This document shows, in pieces, positions 28,210-37,671 of a stretch of 39,592 nt of DNA (within the stretch, counting starts at the first letter, position 1; each line of letters begins with the position of its first letter). The notes below the pieces were generated by a model that searched no databases, was not told where the DNA came from, and saw nothing but the letters and a program-made list of their open reading frames with translations. The position numbers and the translations under genes were made by a program. This DNA is from Escherichia phage vB_EcoP_LNA7, in sequence record OM630586.1. The stretch is one strand, 5' to 3'.

Positions 28210-28467
28210 ATGGGTCGCTTATACAGTGGGAACTTGAATGACTTCAAGGCTGCTTGCAACAGGCTCTACCAGTTGGACTTTGCTGTTATAGCTGTTGAGC
28301 AGGAAGGTTCACCAAACATAAAGGCAACCATGTACCTTCGGATTGAAGATCGTACTGGGCGAGTAGTGGTTCAGGAAGAGATTCACCACTGCGACGAAGA
28401 CGTTCTGTACAATATGTGCACCGCTTGGCTGAACCGCATGTACGACCAGTTGAAGGACTGGAAGTAA
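28210..28467 (+). CDS. 1.2: gene 1.2 inhibitor of host dGTP triphosphohydrolase (Dgt); central region divergent from T7
   Basis: ORF 28171..28467 trimmed to ATG 28210 (MGRLYSGNL...); 85 aa with conserved ends (...DEDVLYNMCTAWLNRMYDQLKDWK). Confidence 0.85.
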   Translation: MGRLYSGNLNDFKAACNRLYQLDFAVIAVEQEGSPNIKATMYLRIEDRTGRVVVQEEIHHCDEDVLYNMCTAWLNRMYDQLKDWK

Positions 28468-28487
28468 TACGACTCAGTATAGGGACA
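28465..28487 (+). promoter_or_regulatory. Phage RNAP class II promoter phi1.3
   Basis: taatacgactcagtatagggaca. Confidence 0.85.
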
Positions 28488-28525
28488 ATGCTTAAGGTCG
28501 CTCATTGAGTGGCCTTAGTCATTTA
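28488..28525 (+). promoter_or_regulatory. RNase III processing hairpin R1.3
   Basis: atgcttaaggtcgctcattgagtggccttagtcatt. Confidence 0.6.
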
Positions 28526-28545
28526 ACCGATAGGAGATAAACACT

Positions 28546-29568
28546 ATGACTAACATTAAGACCAACCCATTTAAAGCCGTGTCTTTCGTAGAGTCTTCCA
28601 TTAAGAAAGCTCTGGATAACGCTGGGTATCTTATCGCTGAAATCAAGTACGATGGCGTGCGTGGTAACATCTGCGTAGACAATACCGCTAACAGTTGCTG
28701 GCTCTCTCGTGTATCTAAAACGATTCCGGCACTGGAGCACTTAAACGGGTTTGATGTTCGCTGGAAGCGTCTGCTGAGCGATGACCGTTGCTTCTACAAA
28801 GATGGCTTTATGCTTGATGGGGAACTCATGGTCAAGGGCGTAGACTTTAACACTGGGTCCGGCCTACTGCGTACCAAATGGACTGACACGAAGAACCAAG
28901 AGTTCCACGAAGAGTTATTCGTTGAGCCAATCCGTAAGAAAGATAAGGTTCCCTTTAAGCTGCACACTGGACACCTTCACGTCAAACTGTACGCTATCCT
29001 CCCGCTGCACATCGTGGAGTCTGGGGAAGACTGTGACGTCATGACGTTGCTCATGCAGGAACACGTTAAGAACATGCTGCCTCTGCTACAGGAATACTTC
29101 CCTGAAATCGAATGGCAAGCGGCTGAATCTTACGAGGTCTACGACATGGTGGAACTACAGCAACTGTACGAGAAGAAACGTGAAGAAGGGCATGAAGGTC
29201 TCATTGTGAAAGACCCGATGTGTATCTATAAGCGCGGTAAGAAGTCCGGCTGGTGGAAACTCAAGCCTCTTGAGGAAGCTGACGGCATCATTCAAGGTGT
29301 AAACTGGGGAACAGAAGGTCTAGCCAACGAAGGTAAAGTTATTGGCTTTAGTGTCTTGCTAGAAAGCGGGTGTGTAGTCGATGCCAATAACATCTCACGG
29401 GAACTGATGGATGAATTTACAGCTAACGTTAAAGAACATGGCGAGGACTACTATAACGGCTGGGCTTGTCAGATTGGGTACATGGAGCAAACACCTAATG
29501 GAAACCTCAGACACCCTTCCTTCACCTGCTTCCGTGGCACCGAGGACAACCCTCAAGAGAAAATGTAA
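28546..29568 (+). CDS. 1.3: gene 1.3 ATP-dependent DNA ligase
   Basis: ORF track 340 aa; adenylation-site lysine motif EIKYDGVRG; shorter than T7 ligase (359 aa) owing to a C-terminal deletion. Confidence 0.95.
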   Translation: MTNIKTNPFKAVSFVESSIKKALDNAGYLIAEIKYDGVRGNICVDNTANSCWLSRVSKTIPALEHLNGFDVRWKRLLSDDRCFYKDGFMLDGELMVKGVDFNTGSGLLRTKWTDTKNQEFHEELFVEPIRKKDKVPFKLHTGHLHVKLYAILPLHIVESGEDCDVMTLLMQEHVKNMLPLLQEYFPEIEWQAAESYEVYDMVELQQLYEKKREEGHEGLIVKDPMCIYKRGKKSGWWKLKPLEEADGIIQGVNWGTEGLANEGKVIGFSVLLESGCVVDANNISRELMDEFTANVKEHGEDYYNGWACQIGYMEQTPNGNLRHPSFTCFRGTEDNPQEKM

Positions 29569-29575
29569 TCACACT

Positions 29576-29605
29576 GGCTCACCTTCGGGTGGGCCTTTCT
29601 GCGTT
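29576..29605 (+). terminator. TE, early rho-independent terminator for host RNAP
   Basis: ggctcaccttcgggtgggcc GC hairpin followed by tttctgcgttt. Confidence 0.85.
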
Positions 29606-29628
29606 TAATACGACTCACTAAAGGAGGT
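29606..29628 (+). promoter_or_regulatory. Phage RNAP class II promoter phi1.5
   Basis: taatacgactcactaaaggaggt. Confidence 0.9.
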
Positions 29629-29635
29629 ACACATC

Positions 29636-29725
29636 ATGATGTACTTAATGCCATTACTCATCGTCATCGTAGGATGCCTTGCGCTTCACTGTAGCGATGA
29701 TGATATGCCAGATGGTCACGCTTAA
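29636..29725 (+). CDS. 1.5: gene 1.5 small protein
   Basis: Manual translation MMYLMPLLIVIVGCLALHCSDDDMPDGHA (29 aa), matches recalled T7 gp1.5. Confidence 0.7.
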   Translation: MMYLMPLLIVIVGCLALHCSDDDMPDGHA

Positions 29726-29745
29726 TACGACTCACTAAAGGAGAC
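29723..29745 (+). promoter_or_regulatory. Phage RNAP class II promoter phi1.6
   Basis: taatacgactcactaaaggagac. Confidence 0.9.
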
Positions 29746-29750
29746 ACTAT

Positions 29751-30011
29751 ATGTTTCGACTTCATTACAACAAAAGCCTTGAGAATTTCACGGTTCGCCG
29801 TGCTGACCGTTCAATCATATGTGCTAGCGAGCGCCGAGCTAAGTTACCTCTTATTGGTGACACAGTTCCTCTGGCACCGAGCGTCCACATCATTATCACC
29901 CGTGGTGACTTTGAGAAAGCAATAGACAAGAAACGTCCGGTTCTTAGTGTGGCAGTGACCCGCTTCCCGTTCGTCCGTCTGTTACTCAAACGAATCAAGG
30001 AGGTGTTCTGA
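29751..30011 (+). CDS. 1.6: gene 1.6 protein
   Basis: ORF track 86 aa, MFRLHYNKS... Confidence 0.85.
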   Translation: MFRLHYNKSLENFTVRRADRSIICASERRAKLPLIGDTVPLAPSVHIIITRGDFEKAIDKKRPVLSVAVTRFPFVRLLLKRIKEVF

Positions 30012-30476
30012 TGTCCCATTATGATTTTTATGATGCCACGATTATCAAACTTATTGATATGAACGAAGGTAATTCAGACGATTTGTCTAACTGTTCCTTC
30101 CAGTGCGCTGGGATTCCTTGTAGCATCTGCCCAGCTAGGAATGATGATGATATGACACTAGGTGAAATCCGAGCGATGGACCCGCGTAAACCTCATCTGA
30201 ATAAACCAGAGGTAACTCCCACAGATGACCAGCCTTCCGCTGAGTCAATCGAAGGTGTCACTAAGCCTTCCCACTATATGCTGTTCGACGACATTGAGGC
30301 TATCGAAGTGATTGCCCGTTCAATGACTCGTGAGCAGTTCAAAGGGTACTGCTACGGGAACATCCTTAAGTATCGCCTACGTGCTGGTAAGAAGTCCGAA
30401 CTGGCTTACTTAGAGAAAGACATGGCGAAAGCTGGATTCTACGGTGAACTGTACGAGAAACATAAGGATAAGTGCT

Positions 30477-30487
<11 letters not shown>
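30011..30487 (+). CDS. 1.7: gene 1.7 nucleotide (dTMP/dGMP) kinase-like protein, N-terminally shorter than T7
   Basis: ORF track 158 aa; C-terminal 130 aa match recalled T7 gp1.7 (196 aa). Confidence 0.8.
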
Positions 30488-30792
<305 letters not shown>

Positions 30793-30795
<3 letters not shown>

Positions 30796-30815
30796 TACGA
30801 CTCACTATTAGGGAA
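30793..30815 (+). promoter_or_regulatory. Phage RNAP class II promoter phi2.5
   Basis: taatacgactcactattagggaa. Confidence 0.9.
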
Positions 30816-30860
30816 GACTACCTGTGAGAAACTAAACGAAACCTAAAGGAGATTAACATT

Positions 30861-31559
30861 ATGGCTAAGAAGATTTTCACCTCTGCGCTGGGTACCGCTG
30901 AACCTTACGCTTACATCGCCAAGCCGGACTACGGTAACGAAGAGCGTGGCTTTGGGAACCCTCGTGGTGTATACAAAGTTGACCTGACTATTCCCAACAA
31001 AGACCCGCGCTGCCAGCGTATGGTCGATGAAATCGTGAAGTGTCACGAAGAGGCTTATGCTGCTGCCGTTGAGGAATACGAAGCGAATCCACCTGCTGTA
31101 GCTCGTGGTAAGAAACCGCTGAAACCGTATGAAGGCGACATGCCGTTCTTCGATAATGGTGACGGCACGACTACCTTTAAGTTTAAATCTTACGCATCAT
31201 ATCAGGATAAGAAGACCAAAGAGACCAAGCACATCAATCTGGTTGTGGTTGACTCCAAAGGTAAGAAGATGGAAGACGTTCCGATTATCGGTGGTGGCTC
31301 TAAGCTGAAAGTCAAGTACTCTCTGGTTCCGTACAAGTGGAACACCGCTGTCGGTGCGAGCGTTAAGTTGCAACTGGAATCCGTAATGCTGGTCGAACTG
31401 GCTACCTTTGGTGGTGGTGAAGATGATTGGGCTGACGAAGTTGAAGAGAACGGCTATGTTGCCTCTGGTTCTGCCAAAGCTAGCAAACCACGCGACGAAG
31501 AAAGCTGGGACGAAGACGACGAAGGCTCTTACGAAGAAGACTCAGACGGAGATTTCTAA
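30861..31559 (+). CDS. 2.5: gene 2.5 single-stranded DNA-binding protein
   Basis: ORF track 232 aa, acidic C-terminal tail ending ...DGDF. Confidence 0.95.
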   Translation: MAKKIFTSALGTAEPYAYIAKPDYGNEERGFGNPRGVYKVDLTIPNKDPRCQRMVDEIVKCHEEAYAAAVEEYEANPPAVARGKKPLKPYEGDMPFFDNGDGTTTFKFKSYASYQDKKTKETKHINLVVVDSKGKKMEDVPIIGGGSKLKVKYSLVPYKWNTAVGASVKLQLESVMLVELATFGGGEDDWADEVEENGYVASGSAKASKPRDEESWDEDDEGSYEEDSDGDF

Positions 31560-32015
31560 GTGGCTGGCGCATACGCTGCGCGTGGTATCCGAAAGGTCGG
31601 GACATTCCGTTCCGGCCTAGAAGATAAGGTCTCTAAGCAGCTAGAGAGTAAAGGTATACAGTTTGACTACGAGCAGTGGAAGATTCCCTACGTAGTCCCT
31701 GCGAGTAATCACACGTATTGCCCAGATTTTCTACTGCCCAATGGTATCTTCATCGAGACCAAGGGGCTATGGGAAAGTGACGACCGCAAGAAGCATCTCC
31801 TGATTCGCGAGCAGATGCCAGAGCTAGATATACGACTTGTGTTCTCAAGCTCCCGCACAAAACTCTACAAAGGGTCTCCAACGTCCTATGCAGAATTTTG
31901 TGAAAAACACGGTATCCTGTTTGCTGACAAATTAATTCCTGTAGAATGGCTCAAAGAACCCAAAAAGGAGGTGCCATTTGACAAGCTGAAACAATCGAAA
32001 GGAGGAAAGAAATAA
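31560..32015 (+). CDS. 3: gene 3 endonuclease I (Holliday junction resolvase), GTG start immediately after the gene 2.5 stop
   Basis: ORF track 151 codons, (M)AGAYAARGIRKVGTFRSGLEDKVSKQLESKGI..., matches T7 gp3; ggag 10 nt upstream of GTG. Confidence 0.85.
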   Translation: MAGAYAARGIRKVGTFRSGLEDKVSKQLESKGIQFDYEQWKIPYVVPASNHTYCPDFLLPNGIFIETKGLWESDDRKKHLLIREQMPELDIRLVFSSSRTKLYKGSPTSYAEFCEKHGILFADKLIPVEWLKEPKKEVPFDKLKQSKGGKK

Positions 32016-32470
32016 TGGCACGAGTACAATTTAAACAACGTGAATCTACTGATGCAATCTTTGTCCACTGCTCGGCTACAAAGCCAAGTCAGAATGTAGG
32101 GGTTCGCGAGATTCGCCAGTGGCATAAAGAGCAAGGTTGGCTTGATGTCGGGTATCACTTTATCATCAAGCGCGATGGTACTGTAGAGGAAGGCCGAGAT
32201 GAGATGGCTGTAGGCTCTCACGCTAAAGGCTATAATCATAACTCTATTGGTGTATGCCTTGTGGGTGGTATTGACGATAAAGGTAAGTTCAAGGCTAACT
32301 TTACGCCAGCCCAAATGCAATCCCTCCGCTCACTGCTTGTCACACTGCTGGCTAAGTACGAAGGCGCTGTGCTTCGCGCACATCACGATGTGGCTCCTAA
32401 GGCTTGCCCATCGTTCGACCTTAAGCGTTGGTGGGAGAAGAACGAACTGGTCACTTCTGACCGTGGATAA
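32015..32470 (+). CDS. 3.5: gene 3.5 lysozyme (N-acetylmuramoyl-L-alanine amidase) and inhibitor of phage RNAP
   Basis: ORF track 151 aa, MARVQFKQRESTDAIFVHCSATKPSQNVGVREIRQWHKEQGWLDVGYHFII... Confidence 0.95.
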   Translation: MARVQFKQRESTDAIFVHCSATKPSQNVGVREIRQWHKEQGWLDVGYHFIIKRDGTVEEGRDEMAVGSHAKGYNHNSIGVCLVGGIDDKGKFKANFTPAQMQSLRSLLVTLLAKYEGAVLRAHHDVAPKACPSFDLKRWWEKNELVTSDRG

Positions 32471-32471
32471 T

Positions 32472-32494
32472 TAATTGAACTCACTAAAGGGAGA
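32472..32494 (+). promoter_or_regulatory. Phage RNAP class II promoter phi3.8, followed by the gggagaccacaacggtttccc hairpin
   Basis: taattgaactcactaaagggaga. Confidence 0.85.
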
Positions 32495-32526
32495 CCACAA
32501 CGGTTTCCCTTTGTTCGCATTGTTGA

Positions 32527-34245
<1,719 letters not shown>

Positions 34246-34263
34246 AAGAATACTTGATGATTT

Positions 34264-34286
34264 TAATTAGACTCACTAAAGGAGCT
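34264..34286 (+). promoter_or_regulatory. Phage RNAP class II promoter phi4.3 (here directly upstream of an HNH gene)
   Basis: taattagactcactaaaggagct. Confidence 0.8.
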
Positions 34287-34292
34287 AACCAC

Positions 34293-34718
34293 ATGGACAC
34301 TAACTTAGCGAGATTTGAAAGATTCTTGAAGATTGATGGTGACTGCTGGCTGTTCACTGGTGGAAGGGCACACTCCTATGGAGTCTTCTGGATGAACGGT
34401 AAGAATCACAGGGCACATAGGGCCGCCTTCGAACTTTATAACGGGAGGAAACCTAATGGTGTTATATTACACTCTTGTGATAATCCTTTGTGCTGCAATC
34501 CCTCTCATCTATCTGAGGGAACTCAGCTTGATAATATGGTGGACATGGTTAGAAAGGGACGCTCACTGAGAGGCACGAAGAATCCAATGTGCAAGTTTAC
34601 TGATGTGGATGTTAAGTTCATCCGAGAGTCTACTATGAAGGTTAAGGATTTAGCTGCTTTATTCGGAGTAACACGCCAAACAATAACCAAATGGAGGAGA
34701 CACACATGTTCAAACTGA
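34293..34718 (+). CDS. Free-standing HNH homing endonuclease between promoter phi4.3 and gene 4.3
   Basis: ORF 34254..34718 trimmed to ATG 34293 (MDTNLARFERFLKIDGDCWLF...); LHSCDNPLCCNPSHL HNH motif; C-terminal HTH-like LAALFGVTRQTITKWRRH; 141 aa. Confidence 0.85.
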   Translation: MDTNLARFERFLKIDGDCWLFTGGRAHSYGVFWMNGKNHRAHRAAFELYNGRKPNGVILHSCDNPLCCNPSHLSEGTQLDNMVDMVRKGRSLRGTKNPMCKFTDVDVKFIRESTMKVKDLAALFGVTRQTITKWRRHTCSN

Positions 34719-34918
34719 TTAAGAAATTGGGCCAACTGCTGGTTCGTATGTACAACATTGAAGCTAAACGCCTGAACGATGAGGCTCGTAAAGAGGCCAC
34801 ACAGTCACGCGCTCTGGCGATTCGCTCAAACGAACTGGCTGACAGCGCATCCAACAAGGTTACAGAAGCTGCCCGTGTAGCAAACCAAGCTCAACAGCTT
34901 TCCAAATTCTTTGAGTAA
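34706..34918 (+). CDS. 4.3: gene 4.3 protein
   Basis: ORF 34691..34918 trimmed to ATG 34706 (MFKLIKKLGQLLVRMYN...), 70 aa as in T7; overlaps the HNH ORF end by 13 nt. Confidence 0.85.
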   Translation: MFKLIKKLGQLLVRMYNIEAKRLNDEARKEATQSRALAIRSNELADSASNKVTEAARVANQAQQLSKFFE

Positions 34919-34937
34919 TCAAACAGGAGAAACCATT

Positions 34938-35207
34938 ATGTCTAACGTAGCTGAAACTATCCGTCTATCCGATACCGCTGACCAGTGGAACCGTCGAGTC
35001 CACATCAACGTTCGCAACGGGAAGGCGACTATGGTTTACCGCTGGAAGGACTCTAAGTCCTCTAAGAATCACACTCAGCGTATGACGTTGACAGATGAGC
35101 AAGCACTGCGTCTGGTCAATGCGCTTACCAAAGCTGCCGTGACAGCAATTCATGAAGCTGGTCGCATCAATGAAGCTATGGCTATCCTCGACAAGATTGA
35201 TAGCTAA
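34938..35207 (+). CDS. 4.5: gene 4.5 protein
   Basis: ORF 34911..35207 trimmed to ATG 34938 (MSNVAETIRLSDTADQWNRR...), 89 aa as in T7. Confidence 0.85.
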   Translation: MSNVAETIRLSDTADQWNRRVHINVRNGKATMVYRWKDSKSSKNHTQRMTLTDEQALRLVNALTKAAVTAIHEAGRINEAMAILDKIDS

Positions 35208-35210
35208 GAG

Positions 35211-35251
35211 TGGTATACTCAAGGTCGCCCGAGTGGTGGCCTTCATGAATA
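35211..35251 (+). promoter_or_regulatory. RNase III processing hairpin R4.7
   Basis: gtggtatactcaaggtcgcccgagtggtggccttcatga. Confidence 0.6.
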
Positions 35252-35274
35252 CTATTCGACTCACTATAGGAGGT
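35252..35274 (+). promoter_or_regulatory. Phage RNAP class II promoter phi4.7
   Basis: ctattcgactcactataggaggt. Confidence 0.85.
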
Positions 35275-35280
35275 ATTATT

Positions 35281-35694
35281 ATGCGTGACCCTAAAGTTAT
35301 CCAAGCAGAAATCGCTAAGCTGGAAGGTGAACTAGCAGATGTACTGGCCCATGAGTCCATGACGCGTTCGGCTGTCCACATCTTGAAGAACTTAGGGTGG
35401 ACTTGGACTCGTAAAGGTGGCTGGAAGAAACCTGAACCCAAGATGGACTTTAAGACGTTCGATAAGGACTCAATGACCCACATAAAGGCTGGTGATTGGG
35501 TTAAGATTGACACTGGAACAACTGGAGGATATGGCTACGTGAGGAACGTAAGTGGTAACATCGCGCGAGTCTCGTTTGTAGAACGCGTGACTTTCGCTGG
35601 TGCTGTGGTCCAAGAGTCGTCCAGAATGTACACTACTAACTACCTGAAAGTTGTATCGCATACCGAAATCGTTCGTGCTCTGACAGGTAAGTAA
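35281..35694 (+). CDS. 4.7: gene 4.7 protein (C-terminal half divergent from T7)
   Basis: ORF 35152..35694 trimmed to ATG 35281 (MRDPKVIQAEIAKLEGEL...), 137 aa. Confidence 0.85.
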   Translation: MRDPKVIQAEIAKLEGELADVLAHESMTRSAVHILKNLGWTWTRKGGWKKPEPKMDFKTFDKDSMTHIKAGDWVKIDTGTTGGYGYVRNVSGNIARVSFVERVTFAGAVVQESSRMYTTNYLKVVSHTEIVRALTGK

Positions 35695-35712
35695 TCAATA
35701 GGAGAAATCAAT

Positions 35713-37671
35713 ATGATCGTTTCTGACATCGAAGCTAACGCCCTCTTAGAGAGCGTCACTAAGTTCCACTGCGGGGTTATCTACGACTACTCCACCGCTG
35801 AGTACGTAAGCTACCGTCCGAGTGACTTCGGTGCGTATCTGGATGCGCTGGAAGCCGAGGTTGCACGAGGCGGTCTTATTGTGTTCCACAACGGTCACAA
35901 GTATGACGTTCCTGCATTGACCAAACTGGCAAAGTTACAATTGAACCGAGAGTTCCACCTTCCTCGTGAGAACTGTATTGACACCCTTGTACTGTCACGA
36001 TTGATTCACTCTAACCTGAAAGACACCGATATGGGTCTTCTGCGTTCCGGTAAGCTGCCTGGGAAACGCTTTGGGTCTCACGCTTTGGAGGCGTGGGGTT
36101 ATCGCTTAGGCGAGATGAAGGGTGAATACAAGGATGACTTTAAGCGTATGCTTGAAGAGCAAGGTGAAGAGTACGTTGACGGAATGGAGTGGTGGAACTT
36201 CAACGAAGAGATGATGGCCTATAACGTTCAGGACGTTGTGGTGACTAAGGCTCTACTTGAGAAGTTAATCTCTGACAAACACTACTTCCCCGACCAAGGT
36301 ATCGACTGGACTGACGTAGGTAACACATTCTGGCGTGAGTCTGTAGAGGCTGTCGAGCTAGAGCATAAAGCTGCGTGGCTGCTCGCTAAGCAGGAACGTA
36401 ACGGCTTTCCATTCAATACCAAAGCTATCGAAGACCTGTACGTAGAGTTGGCTGCTCGTCGCTCTGAGTTGCTCATGAAGTTGACCGAAACGTTTGGCTC
36501 GTGGTATCAACCTAAAGGTGGCACCGAAATGTTCTGCCATCCGAGGACTGGTAAACCACTGCCTAAATACCCTCGCATTAAGACACCTAAAGTTGGTGGC
36601 ATCTTTAAGAAGCCTAAGAACAAGGCACAGCGAGAAGGACGTGAGCCTTGCGAACTGGATACCCGAGAGTACGTTGCTGGTGCTCCTTACACCCCAGTTG
36701 AGCACGTGGTGTTTAACCCATCGTCTCGTGACCACATTCAGAAGAAACTCCAAGAGGCTGGATGGGTCCCTACCAAGTACACCGATAAGGGTGCTCCTGT
36801 GGTGGACGATGAGGTACTCGAAGGAGTACGTGTAGATGACCCTGAGAAGCAAGCTGCTATCGACCTCATTAAAGAGTACCTGATGATTCAGAAGCGAATC
36901 GGACAGTCTGCTGAGGGAGACAAGGCGTGGCTGCGTTACGTTCAAGAGGACGGTAAGATTCATGGTTCTGTTAACCCTAATGGAGCAGTTACAGGTCGTG
37001 CGACCCATGCGTTCCCCAACCTTGCGCAAATTCCGGGTGTACGTTCTCCTTATGGAGAGCAGTGTCGCGCTGCTTTTGGCGCTGAGCACCATTTGGATGG
37101 GATAACCGGTAAGCCTTGGGTTCAGGCTGGTATCGACGCATCCGGCCTTGAGTTGCGCTGCTTGGCCCACTTCATGGCTCGCTTTGATAACGGTGAGTAT
37201 GCTCACGAGATTCTTAATGGCGACATCCACACTAAGAACCAGATGGCTGCCGAACTGCCTACCCGTGATAACGCTAAGACGTTCATCTATGGGTTCCTTT
37301 ATGGTGCTGGTGATGAGAAGATTGGACAGATTGTTGGTGCTGGTAAAGAGCGCGGTAAGGAACTCAAGAAGAAATTCCTTGAGAACACCCCAGCGATTGC
37401 AGCACTCCGTGAGTCTATCCAACAGACCCTTGTCGAGTCCTCTCAGTGGGTAGCTGGTGAGCAGCAAGTAAAGTGGAAACGCCGCTGGATTAAAGGTCTG
37501 GATGGTCGTAAGGTACACGTTCGTAGTCCTCACGCTGCTTTGAATACCCTACTGCAATCTGCTGGTGCTCTCATCTGCAAACTGTGGATTATCAAGACCG
37601 AAGAGATGCTCGTAGAGAAAGGCTTGAAGCATGGCTGGGATGGGGACTTTGCGTACATGGCGTGGGTGCAT
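35713..37671 (+). CDS. 5: gene 5 DNA polymerase, exon 1 (653 codons)
   Basis: ORF track 35713..37722; homology to T7 gp5 stops after ...DFAYMAWVH at 37671, and the remaining 17 codons of the ORF are intron sequence. Confidence 0.9.

Noticed and set aside
36358-37533. 391-aa ORF on the minus strand
   Set aside because: It is antisense to DNA polymerase gene 5 exon 1 and has no independent signals; an open antisense frame of a highly expressed gene.
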